The notes under the pieces: generated by a model
What the model was told of the DNA's origin: nothing
The model's database searches: none
Seen by the model: the letters and a program-made list of their open reading frames with translations, nothing else
Shown here: positions 56,005 to 64,000 of the stretch, piece by piece
Layout: every line of letters starts with the position of its first letter
Numbering within the stretch: position 1 is the first letter of the stretch
Made by a program: the position numbers and the translations under genes
Origin: a virus
Taxonomy: Duplodnaviria; Caudoviricetes
Reading direction: 5' to 3' (one strand)
IMG/VR virus record: IMGVR_UViG_3300044714_000024
Location: 204 to 64,203 of that record
Length of the DNA stretch: 64,000 nucleotides

Positions 56005-56684
56005 GGCAAATCGGACTCGAAACGAATCAGCGTCATGGTGCACTGCACAATCCAGCGCATGAGATTTTTGCGCGAGAGGTCGTCGAAGCTCTGCTGAGTT
56101 CCGACCCAAATGTGCGCCGTAATGCCCGGAAAGTAGGCTACGAGCGCGCCGGCTATCCAGGCAACAAGCACAACGCGCGCCGGCTGGCAAATTCTCCGGT
56201 CGTCAAGAAGCGCATCAAACATCTGTTCGAGGAAGCAATCGCCTTCCGCGACGTGCGCTTGGCAACCGTCGTCATGCGAATCGACCGAGTGGGCAAGGCT
56301 CGGCTCCCCGACTACTTCGAGCCCGTGCTTGACCAAGACGGCAACCGCACCGGCCGCTACACCCTCAAAGACATCACGGCGCTGCCGTCGGAACTGAGCG
56401 AAGCCCTGGCCTCAATTGAGTGGGACGACGAAGGGCGACCCAAGATCAAGCTGCACGACAAGAATCAGGCGAATTTCACGCTCTTGAAGAATCTCGGCGG
56501 CTTGCCGCAAGATGATGAACCCGATAAAGTTCCAGCGACGACGAACAATTACAATTTCTTCGCGGGTCTCAGTGTCGAAGATCAACGCACTCTTGCCGAT
56601 GCTCTCGACGCTCTCCCCGGAGGGCCGGAAACTATTGAGCACGAAGCTGCGCGAGAACATAGCGAAGCAGGCGCCGTTCCGTAA
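56001..56684 (+). CDS. terS: terminase small subunit
   Basis: L.NP.HE.FA, Y..AGY, NA.RL...P.V..RI and KIKLHDK motifs; upstream of TerL. Confidence 0.85.
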   Translation: MRQIGLETNQRHGALHNPAHEIFAREVVEALLSSDPNVRRNARKVGYERAGYPGNKHNARRLANSPVVKKRIKHLFEEAIAFRDVRLATVVMRIDRVGKARLPDYFEPVLDQDGNRTGRYTLKDITALPSELSEALASIEWDDEGRPKIKLHDKNQANFTLLKNLGGLPQDDEPDKVPATTNNYNFFAGLSVEDQRTLADALDALPGGPETIEHEAAREHSEAGAVP

Positions 56685-57393
56685 GCTGTATTCGTTTTAC
56701 CCGGACAAAGGACCGCTGAGGCGGGAGCTTTACGACCGTCACATGGCGTTCTTTTGTGCTGGCGGTCAGCACGATCCAATCGAGACTTGGTGCCCCGAGG
56801 AATGCGACGGCTCGCCGCATCGTGAGCGCCTTGCGCTGTGCGCCAATCGAATAGGCAAGAGCATGGGCATGGGCGGCTACGAACTGGCGATTCACGCAAC
56901 TGGCCGCTATCCGTCGTGGTGGCCAGGTTATAGGTTCGACCATCCGATTGAAGCGTGGGCTGCAGGTAAGACCAACGAGACGACGCGCGATATTATTCAG
57001 CGTGAGGTTTTGTTTGGTCCGGTCAAATGGAACGGGCGATCAAAGACTGTCGCTGGCACCGGGTTAATACCAGCCGAAGATATTGGAGATATTACTTGGA
57101 AGCGCGGTATTCCTGATTTCATCGATACTGTGCAGGTCAAGTCGCAATTCGGTGGGTGGTCGTCAATCGGTCTCAAGAGCTACGAGCAAGGGCGCGGCGC
57201 TTTCGAGGGAACCGCAAAAGATTTGGCGTGGCTGGATGAGGAACCACCACTCGATATTTACACGGAATGCTCGATCCGCTTGATGACGCGGCGTGGCTTG
57301 GCTATGATGACATTCACGCCGTTGGAAGGTATGTCGGACGTGGTGCAGGCGTTCTTGCCTGGTGGACGTTTGCCTGGTGACGCGGAATTTTAG
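56599..57393 (+). CDS. terL: terminase large subunit, N-terminal ATPase part (P22-like); start codon uncertain
   Basis: Walker A ANRIGKS, H.TG.YP.WW.G.RF, KSYEQGR..F.G, Walker B WLDEEP, motif III TFTP. Confidence 0.92.
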   Translation: MLSTLSPEGRKLLSTKLRENIAKQAPFRKLYSFYPDKGPLRRELYDRHMAFFCAGGQHDPIETWCPEECDGSPHRERLALCANRIGKSMGMGGYELAIHATGRYPSWWPGYRFDHPIEAWAAGKTNETTRDIIQREVLFGPVKWNGRSKTVAGTGLIPAEDIGDITWKRGIPDFIDTVQVKSQFGGWSSIGLKSYEQGRGAFEGTAKDLAWLDEEPPLDIYTECSIRLMTRRGLAMMTFTPLEGMSDVVQAFLPGGRLPGDAEF

Positions 57394-57693
57394 ATGATCG
57401 AACGCTTTCTCCCACGAAAATATCACTGGGCAATAATCTGGAACGATATCGTGCGGACAACTCCGATGCCGAAAAAGCCGAACGTCCGACTTTTGGAACT
57501 GCGCGCCAAAGCATTAAAATTGAGCGGATGGCCGTTCGCGATTTTTCGCGTGCCATGTGTAGAGCCAGTAAAACGCAAACATGGCAACGGTTCGCAGTGG
57601 ATTGCTCATCGCTTCCCAATCAAGAGTGGGATCACTTGGTGCGATGTGATGCTGATCGAGGCATCTAGGCCGAATCCTTTTATTGTAAGGTGA
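57394..57693 (+). CDS. hypothetical protein inserted between TerL halves
   Basis: 99-aa ORF starting immediately after the TerL-N stop and ending 7 bp before TerL-C. Confidence 0.55.
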   Translation: MIERFLPRKYHWAIIWNDIVRTTPMPKKPNVRLLELRAKALKLSGWPFAIFRVPCVEPVKRKHGNGSQWIAHRFPIKSGITWCDVMLIEASRPNPFIVR

Positions 57694-57700
57694 CTGCGAC

Positions 57701-58510
57701 GTGAGCGAACCACCCTCCCTATCGTCTGGCTCCCCCGAAGAAGTCATAGCGAAGCGTTCGCGTTTTGTGGTCATGGCCGGTTGGAGTAATGCGCCTCACT
57801 TAACCCCAGAAATGATAGCGGAAGAAAAATCCCGCATCCCGCCCCACGAATTCGAAGCACGCTCGCTCGGCAAACCATCGTTAGGTCAAGGTGCGGTCTA
57901 TCCAGTTCCAGAATCCGAAATTCTCTGCGATCCCTTCGTCATTCCCGATTGGATGCCGCAGTGCTATGCGCTCGACGTGGGTTGGAAACGAACCGCTGCG
58001 CTATGGGGCGCATGGGACCGCGATAACGATGTGGTCTATCTTTACGGCGAACACTATCGAGGGCAAGCGGAGCCTCCTATTCATGCCGCTGCGATTCGCG
58101 CTCGGGGCTTGTGGATTCCCGGCGTGATCGATCCCGCAGCGCGGGGGCGCGGTCAGAAAGACGGTGCACAACTGCTCACGATCTACCAAAATGATCTTGG
58201 CCTTAATCTCACCCAAGCCGATAATGCGCTCGAAGCCGGTATAGTTGCGGTCTGGCAACGGCTCACGACGGGACGGCTGAAAGTGTTTCGGTCGCTGGTC
58301 AATTGGATCAAGGAATATCGATTCTACCAGCGTGACGAACACGGGCGAATCAAGGACGGACAAGCCGACCACTTGATGGACGACACGAGATACCTCATCA
58401 TGTCCGGGTTGAGCGTTGCGTGTGTGCGGCCGGCGGATCAGTGGACTACAGGTAAATCACAAGTCGCATGGCAAGCCGAGTATGACCCCCTCGCCTACCA
58501 ACAACGATAG
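57701..58510 (+). CDS. terL: terminase large subunit, C-terminal lid + RNase H-like nuclease part
   Basis: W...PHL, EARS.G.P.LG.G.VYP, ALDVGW, IDPAARGR.Q.DG and DHLMD.TRY motifs; AAGGTGA RBS before GTG. Confidence 0.92.
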   Translation: MSEPPSLSSGSPEEVIAKRSRFVVMAGWSNAPHLTPEMIAEEKSRIPPHEFEARSLGKPSLGQGAVYPVPESEILCDPFVIPDWMPQCYALDVGWKRTAALWGAWDRDNDVVYLYGEHYRGQAEPPIHAAAIRARGLWIPGVIDPAARGRGQKDGAQLLTIYQNDLGLNLTQADNALEAGIVAVWQRLTTGRLKVFRSLVNWIKEYRFYQRDEHGRIKDGQADHLMDDTRYLIMSGLSVACVRPADQWTTGKSQVAWQAEYDPLAYQQR

Positions 58511-58627
58511 TAAATGCTGTGCGCCCTCGAAACACAGGTGGGCGATTATTGGTCGCCGTGTGCTTTTTACGTTGCGTTTTATAATCCGCCGTTGCACCAA
58601 ATGCGGCGCAGAAATCAGCGACCTTGA

Positions 58628-58837
58628 ATGATCGCGGCGCTCGCCCAACGTCCCGATGACGATCAAGAACGGCGCGAGCGCGCGATTGCGTATATCATGC
58701 GGCGCGATCATGTGAGTCGCGAGAGTGCTTCGAAAGCGTTGCAGAGGTTGAACGGGCCGGAATTATGGATGCTCGAACAGGCGATGAAGCCGCGCGTGCC
58801 GATGTTCGTTTCCGATTATGATCCATTGGGGAGGTAG
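58628..58837 (+). CDS. 69-aa protein ending in TerL-like YDPL motif
   Basis: Helical ORF ending SDYDPLGR*. Confidence 0.6.
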   Translation: MIAALAQRPDDDQERRERAIAYIMRRDHVSRESASKALQRLNGPELWMLEQAMKPRVPMFVSDYDPLGR

Positions 58838-59046
58838 CATGAAGTTTCGCGCAGTCCAGGCGCCCGACGCCAACGGCAATGACTTTGAAGCTTATGTCGC
58901 CCACACTAGGTCTGGCGAGCCAGTCTATGTTGATCGTGCGCTTGCAGATTTGGCGCAGGCGCTTCACGATAAACTTGGCAGGGGACCTACTCGCGCAAAA
59001 TTAATTGCTGCCGAAGTCGACGCGGTAGAACGGAGTGGGGCTTGAT

Positions 59047-59265
59047 ATGGGCAGTTTGTTTTCACCTTCGACACCGACGCCACCCCCGCCGCCTCCAATC
59101 CCGCCTGCGGCTATCCCTCCAACCATGGCGAGTCCTGGCGTGCAGGCGGCCGGTAAGACCCAGATCGGGAAAGCCGGCGCGCTCGCCGACCCTACGGTCA
59201 AGACGAGCCCGGAGGGCGATCTTGTGAAGCCGGCGACGACAAGTTCATCGTTGCTTGGCGGTTGA
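59047..59265 (+). CDS. small Pro-rich virion protein preceding portal
   Basis: MGSLFS.P.PPPP...T..T.P.G.......LLG pattern. Confidence 0.8.
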   Translation: MGSLFSPSTPTPPPPPPIPPAAIPPTMASPGVQAAGKTQIGKAGALADPTVKTSPEGDLVKPATTSSSLLGG

Positions 59266-59266
59266 T

Positions 59267-61111
59267 ATGGCGCTGACCGCCGAACGCGCCGAAGTCTATT
59301 ACGAGAACGCAAGCGCGTCTCTACTTGCTTTGACTCCTGCGATCATAGACGGCAAGACCTGGCAATCGAACCAGGATTGGGAGGACTTTCGGAATTATCT
59401 GGAACAAGTCCTCCTGGGAATGCGCAACTGGCGCACGCCGTGGTGGATGCATTGGGGCGAGATTGCCGCGCAGATGCTTCCGAGGCGTTACTATTGGGTC
59501 ATCACGCCGAACAATATGACGCGCGGATTACCGATCAATCAGAATGTGGTCGATTCAACAACCACACAAGCGATTGGCGTGTGTGCGGCCGGCATGATGG
59601 ACGGCTTATCGTCGCCGACGAAAATCTGGTTCAAGTTCGAGGCGCCCGAAGGCGTAGAGTTAGACACCGCTGGAAAACGCTGGCTCAATGATTTTCAGAA
59701 GGACACTTACGATGTAATCGCCGGATCGAACTATTATGACAGGAAGCATCAGTATTACGAGGATCAGATAACTTTCGGTACGGCGCCGATGCTGATCTAC
59801 GAGAATCGCGAGCGGATCATCAATTGCGAAGTGCCGTGCGCGGGGGAATATTTCGGGGCGTGCGGATCGGACAATTCCATCGAGACCTTCGATCGGGAAT
59901 TTGTTCTGACCTGTCGTCAGATCGTGCAGCGGTTTGGCCCCAAGGCCGTTGCCGGGACCAATGTCGCGGAACTCTGGAACACGAAGGGCGCGAACCTCGA
60001 AACCGAATTCATCGTCGCACATTCCATCGAGCCGAACTTTCCTGCGAATCAATATGGACAGAAGCCGAGGCTCGGCGTCATTCCAGGCGGTTATGCCTAT
60101 CGCGAAACCTATTGGTTGCGCGGCCTCAATACACCGCAGCCATTATCGGTGCGGGGCTATCGCGAAAAGCCGTTCATGTATGCGCCGTGGACGCAACGCT
60201 CGAACGATGCTTACGGGCGCGGCCTTGGCATGGATGCGCTGCCGGATTGTAGTCAGTTGAATCAGATGACACGGAGAGAGGCCGAGGCCATCGACAAGGG
60301 CGTGCGGCCTCCGATGCTCGCGGATGCGACGTTGAAGAACGAGCCTGCCTCGACGCTTCCCGGAAAAGTCACATACGTTCCGAACCTCGCACAGAACGCC
60401 GGCATGAAAGCGGCTTACACGGTCGATCCTCGTTTTGTCGAGTTTATCGAGCAGAAAATCGTCACGTTGCAGAAACGCATCGAGCGATGGTTTGCCAACG
60501 ATGTGTTTGAAATGATCTCGCAGATGGAAGGCGTTCAGCCCCGTAATGAACTGGAATTGCAGGAACGCCGCGGCGAGAAACTGTTGCGGCTTGGGCCGGT
60601 GATAGAGCGCAATCTTCGCGAGGATGCCGTAGGCTTGACGCGCATCGTGTCGATCATGAATCGGCGCGGATTGATTCCCCCCAAGCCGCAGTCGCTCGCG
60701 GGCGTGCCGATCCAGCTTAAATTCGTGTCAAAGCTCGCGCTGATCCAGCAGGCGGCAAAGACGGCGGGCATGGAGCGTACTATCGTCATGGGCGGTCGCA
60801 TGGAAGCCGTTCGCCCTGGCACGCTCGACGAAATCAACTTCCCGAAATACCTGCGGGACTATGGCGAAGCAGTCGAGTTTCCGCCTGAGGATTGGAATAC
60901 CGACGCGGAAAAAAAGGCATTGCAGGCCGCGAGGGCGCAGCAGCAACAGCAGGTTGCCCAGATGCACACGGCGGAAAAGGTCACGCCGGCTCTTGCGTCC
61001 GCCGCACAAAACCTGTCACAAACCGATACGGGCGGCGGCATGAACGCGCTGCAAATGCTGTTGGGTGGCGGTGGCACAGGTGCGCCGCCGACAGCGGGAG
61101 GCGGACAGTGA
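59267..61111 (+). CDS. portal / head-tail connector (T7 gp8/Bbp21-like)
   Basis: W.EIA...LP, D.T...A....AAGM..GL.SP...WF, FGTA, YGRG.G.DAL.D and E..ER..EKL..LGP motifs. Confidence 0.93.
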   Translation: MALTAERAEVYYENASASLLALTPAIIDGKTWQSNQDWEDFRNYLEQVLLGMRNWRTPWWMHWGEIAAQMLPRRYYWVITPNNMTRGLPINQNVVDSTTTQAIGVCAAGMMDGLSSPTKIWFKFEAPEGVELDTAGKRWLNDFQKDTYDVIAGSNYYDRKHQYYEDQITFGTAPMLIYENRERIINCEVPCAGEYFGACGSDNSIETFDREFVLTCRQIVQRFGPKAVAGTNVAELWNTKGANLETEFIVAHSIEPNFPANQYGQKPRLGVIPGGYAYRETYWLRGLNTPQPLSVRGYREKPFMYAPWTQRSNDAYGRGLGMDALPDCSQLNQMTRREAEAIDKGVRPPMLADATLKNEPASTLPGKVTYVPNLAQNAGMKAAYTVDPRFVEFIEQKIVTLQKRIERWFANDVFEMISQMEGVQPRNELELQERRGEKLLRLGPVIERNLREDAVGLTRIVSIMNRRGLIPPKPQSLAGVPIQLKFVSKLALIQQAAKTAGMERTIVMGGRMEAVRPGTLDEINFPKYLRDYGEAVEFPPEDWNTDAEKKALQAARAQQQQQVAQMHTAEKVTPALASAAQNLSQTDTGGGMNALQMLLGGGGTGAPPTAGGGQ

Positions 61112-61313
61112 ACCAGATAAGCCCAATCACGGCACTCTTGCTTGATCGCACGGTCGCGATGCTGATGACGTGTCCGAACGAGGATAAGCGTCCGCACAAG
61201 CATTTCGTTGTTATCAGCGGCAAGATGATCGGGACGCGGAGTCCAAACCTTGAGCGCGTGATGCTGACGCAGGTTGAGTTTTTGGAGATGTTTGGGCCGC
61301 AGAGTGTTGTGCA

Positions 61314-61553
61314 ATGAGCGAAGATTTAAAGCAGCAACCCGCGAAAGAGTTGGCCGCGTCAGTCACCTACATTCGCAATGAGCGCGAACGCGCCGCTGAA
61401 ATTCGCGACAGCATAAAAGCACTCATGGGCGAAGTCGGCCATTGGATGGATCAGGCCAACGCACAAGGAATGCGCGTTGAGTTTCAGATGGTCATCGACG
61501 GATTCGGCAAGAACGTGATCGGCCGATTGGATGTCACGAAGTCGCTGTTATGA
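61314..61553 (+). CDS. hypothetical protein
   Basis: ATGA-coupled ORF. Confidence 0.65.
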   Translation: MSEDLKQQPAKELAASVTYIRNERERAAEIRDSIKALMGEVGHWMDQANAQGMRVEFQMVIDGFGKNVIGRLDVTKSLL

Positions 61554-62095
61554 ACGAAGAAATAAAAACCTACGAGGCCGACGACCCGCAGAACCCGAAC
61601 AATCTTGTTATTCGGGGCCGCGACGGCGATCCGATTCCGCATCCGACTAGCACGGCCATGATCGAGAAGGAATCGTATGAGCGCGTGGTGGAGGGTTTAA
61701 AGATGGCCAGCGATGCTTGCGTACATCTTGCCAAGCGTGAGCCGCTGACCGCCTCGGTATGGAACGAGATAGCGCAGATGCTCGACAAGATACGCTGCGA
61801 TGCCGTGGCTCTAGGTGGCGTCGATCTGGTCATGAAACAACAAGAGACCGAAGCGGTGCGCGGCGAGCCACTGTCCTGGCGCGCGGCGCGCGAAAAGTTT
61901 CTCGACGGCATCAAACAAACAACCGGCGGAATGCGTCAATTGGCGACATGCTTTCGCGGGGACTATATGTGGTCGATGATGGCGCAGCGGCTTGAGAGGC
62001 AGGAAAAGACGTTCCGGGGATTGTTGCTTGGGCGCGTGGTGGAGAGTAGAAAGGGGACGCCTTTGATTCTGCCGCCTGGTTTTGCCAGGAACTGA
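61550..62095 (+). CDS. hypothetical helical protein
   Basis: ATGA-coupled; internal repeat (ERVVEGLKMAS..C.HLA / EKFLDGIKQT..G..QLA). Confidence 0.7.
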   Translation: MNEEIKTYEADDPQNPNNLVIRGRDGDPIPHPTSTAMIEKESYERVVEGLKMASDACVHLAKREPLTASVWNEIAQMLDKIRCDAVALGGVDLVMKQQETEAVRGEPLSWRAAREKFLDGIKQTTGGMRQLATCFRGDYMWSMMAQRLERQEKTFRGLLLGRVVESRKGTPLILPPGFARN

Positions 62096-62107
62096 AAGGA
62101 GGCTTCC

Positions 62108-62302
62108 ATGCCTATCGGACTTTTGTTCTGGGTACTTTTCATCCTGTGGATCATCTTCGGCGGCGTGTGGTGGCGCAATGGCGCCGGCTGGGCTTATGGC
62201 TGGGGCGGCAACATGCTGCTCGTTATGGTGCTGCTATTTCTCTTGGGCTGGAATGATTTCGGCTTCATCTTGCAAGGAGGCAGAGTAAGCCCTTTTCACT
62301 GA
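62108..62302 (+). CDS. small 2-TM membrane protein
   Basis: AAGGAGG RBS; MPIGLLFWVL..LW...LLGW..FGF. Confidence 0.8.
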   Translation: MPIGLLFWVLFILWIIFGGVWWRNGAGWAYGWGGNMLLVMVLLFLLGWNDFGFILQGGRVSPFH

Positions 62303-62363
62303 ATGAGAGTGAAATAGCGCCCATTCCGCCCGATCTGCGAGAAACGCCGTCAATCTGCCGGGG

Positions 62364-62792
62364 ATGCTGATGCAGCCGAAGAAAGCGATGACCGATCTAC
62401 CGCTTGGGGTAAATATCTCCGCATTCGTGAAGGGTGGTCAAAGCCATATCCGCAAGGATGTGGACGAAAGATTCCGCAAGATACTGACCGAGGCTGCGGC
62501 GCGATTAGCGAACTTCGCGGCGCGGTTTCACATCAACAATGCGCTGCACAACGGGCCGTCGCGTGGGGGCGCGGCCGAATCGATCAAGTTCTTTGGTGTC
62601 GAACTTGACGTGAAACTCGCACTGACCGCTGAAATCGTCGATGCCCTCGAAATCTCTGCCCCTGGATTCAAGAAGTGGTTGGAATTGACTGGCTTTGCTA
62701 ACGACAAGACGATGATCCGAGGCTTTGTCGAATGGGCAGAGTTCAAGAACGGTCGCGGTCGGGTGATGACTAATCTCGCGGACATCAATTAA
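62364..62792 (+). CDS. hypothetical protein
   Basis: ORF; start uncertain. Confidence 0.6.
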   Translation: MLMQPKKAMTDLPLGVNISAFVKGGQSHIRKDVDERFRKILTEAAARLANFAARFHINNALHNGPSRGGAAESIKFFGVELDVKLALTAEIVDALEISAPGFKKWLELTGFANDKTMIRGFVEWAEFKNGRGRVMTNLADIN

Positions 62793-62905
62793 TGGCGGAC
62801 ATCAACTTTGTCGTTACAGCCAATCCAACGGCAATCTATACAACGATTGGCGTGCTGCACCTGTTCTTAATGTTGCTGATTCTTATCGCCGTGAGTCGCC
62901 GCTAA

Positions 62906-63295
62906 ATGCCCGAACGCCAAGGCATCTACGACTCAACCGACCCTGCGGCCATCGACGCCGCGGCTAGCGCAGCCGCGCGCCGCGACCACGACGACGACGA
63001 AACAATCCGGGTTTGGATGAATCACCCCAAAGGGCGCGATCTTCTGTACCGCCATGTTTACGAGACTTGCCACCTTGGACGGACCTTTGTTGCCGTCGAT
63101 GAAAACGGCCATTCCGACACGCACCGGACGTATCTGGACCTCGGCGAAAGAAATATCGGTGCATGGTGGGATGAAAGGCTTCGCAGGCACGCAGAACTCT
63201 ATATGCTGATGCTCAAGGAACAGGAAATCGACCGGCAAGCGCACAACGCGCAACTTCTAAAGCAGAACGAGAAGCAAGACAGCGATAATGGCTGA
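62906..63295 (+). CDS. Bbp19-like head assembly protein
   Basis: WM..PKGR..LY......C....F........T....GERN.G......Y..ML.E. Confidence 0.8.
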   Translation: MPERQGIYDSTDPAAIDAAASAAARRDHDDDETIRVWMNHPKGRDLLYRHVYETCHLGRTFVAVDENGHSDTHRTYLDLGERNIGAWWDERLRRHAELYMLMLKEQEIDRQAHNAQLLKQNEKQDSDNG

Positions 63296-64000
63296 TAAAG
63301 ACGCAAAACCTGAGCCTGTTGTCGCTGTTCCTGCGGAGACGAAAGCTGCCGATTCGCCGGTACTTCCCGCGTCGCCTCTAGCCACAGCCGATTCAACCAA
63401 GCACGAAGGTGCGGCGCCCGCAGCCGAAGTCAGGCCCGATCCGAAGGCTAACGGTCACGATACATCCGCAGCCGCCACTCCCGAAGCGAAGCCGGCGACA
63501 GAGGCCAAAGCCGAAACAAAGCCCGAGACCAAACTAGATTCAGCGTCGGAGACTAAGGCCGATGCAACGAAGTCCGCTACGGAAAGTGGCGAGACCAAGC
63601 CGCCCGCAGAAGTGAAGGTTGAGGCCAAGCCCGAAGGCGAAGCCAAACCCGAGACGAAGCCGGCGGATACCAAGGAAGCCCCGGAAGCAACGCCGCAGGC
63701 CCCTCCTGTTTACGAAGCGTTGAAACTCCCCGACACGGTGAAGTTGGACAAGGAGCGCGTCGCGAAATTCGACGAGCTTATCGGCAAAACCGAACTGTCC
63801 ACCAAGGCCGATCACGCCGCCATGAGTGCCATGCGGCAGGATTTGGCCAATCTCTATGTCGAAGAGGTCAACCGCATCGGACAACAGGTCGCAAAGCACC
63901 AGCATGACGTGTGGAATAGACTTGTCGAGCAGCGGGTCAATGAACTGAAAAACGACCCACAGCTAGGTGGCAACCGCATCGAAACCACGCTGGGTAACGC
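63288..64000 (+). CDS. capsid scaffolding protein (partial, runs off window)
   Basis: Long Ala/Pro/Glu/Lys-rich N-terminus, then YE.LKLPD.V.LD......F, Q.L..LY and DP.LGG motifs. Confidence 0.85.
   Translation, partial: MADKDAKPEPVVAVPAETKAADSPVLPASPLATADSTKHEGAAPAAEVRPDPKANGHDTSAAATPEAKPATEAKAETKPETKLDSASETKADATKSATESGETKPPAEVKVEAKPEGEAKPETKPADTKEAPEATPQAPPVYEALKLPDTVKLDKERVAKFDELIGKTELSTKADHAAMSAMRQDLANLYVEEVNRIGQQVAKHQHDVWNRLVEQRVNELKNDPQLGGNRIETTLGN

Noticed and set aside
26880-57393. Stop-codon reassignment to explain broken genes
   Set aside because: The breaks are frameshifts or an insertion, other genes end normally at all three stop codons, and no suppressor tRNA is present.
57394-57700. 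Group I/II intron or intein in terL
   Set aside because: No recognisable catalytic core, splice-boundary motifs, homing-nuclease motifs or intein Cys/His-Asn ends by eye. Not formally excluded without a covariance search.

Overview
The window is almost a whole circularly permuted genome (~64 kb) of a podovirus-type dsDNA phage with an epsilon15/BPP-1-like structural module. The scaffold gene runs off the right end and its C-terminus reappears at 1-159. The host is probably a Hyphomicrobiales alphaproteobacterium, inferred from an AADMALKA-type porin moron. Layout: capsid, cement and head accessory genes (190-8058); endonuclease VII; tail adaptor/nozzle, ejection proteins and fibres (8.8-26.4 kb); lysis region and morons (26.4-31.1 kb); three tRNA genes; a leftward early region of small genes (31.6-47.2 kb); a divergent promoter switch; a rightward region with an intact IS1595-family element, methyltransferases, DUF5131 and a DUF1376 initiator; then TerS, a split TerL, portal and scaffold. 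The strongest unexplained signal is that six fibre/spike-type structural genes, including the main tail fibre, carry Sec-type signal peptides and even numbers of paired cysteines. This suggests the virion appendages are exported, folded oxidatively in the periplasm and attached at or after lysis. Other oddities: TerL split by an inserted gene, small proteins copying capsid, scaffold or terminase end motifs, genes bracketed by long inverted repeats, a Pro-like tRNA body with a Cys anticodon, candidate structured RNAs and nested +1-frame ORFs. All family assignments come from motif recognition by eye, not from database searches.
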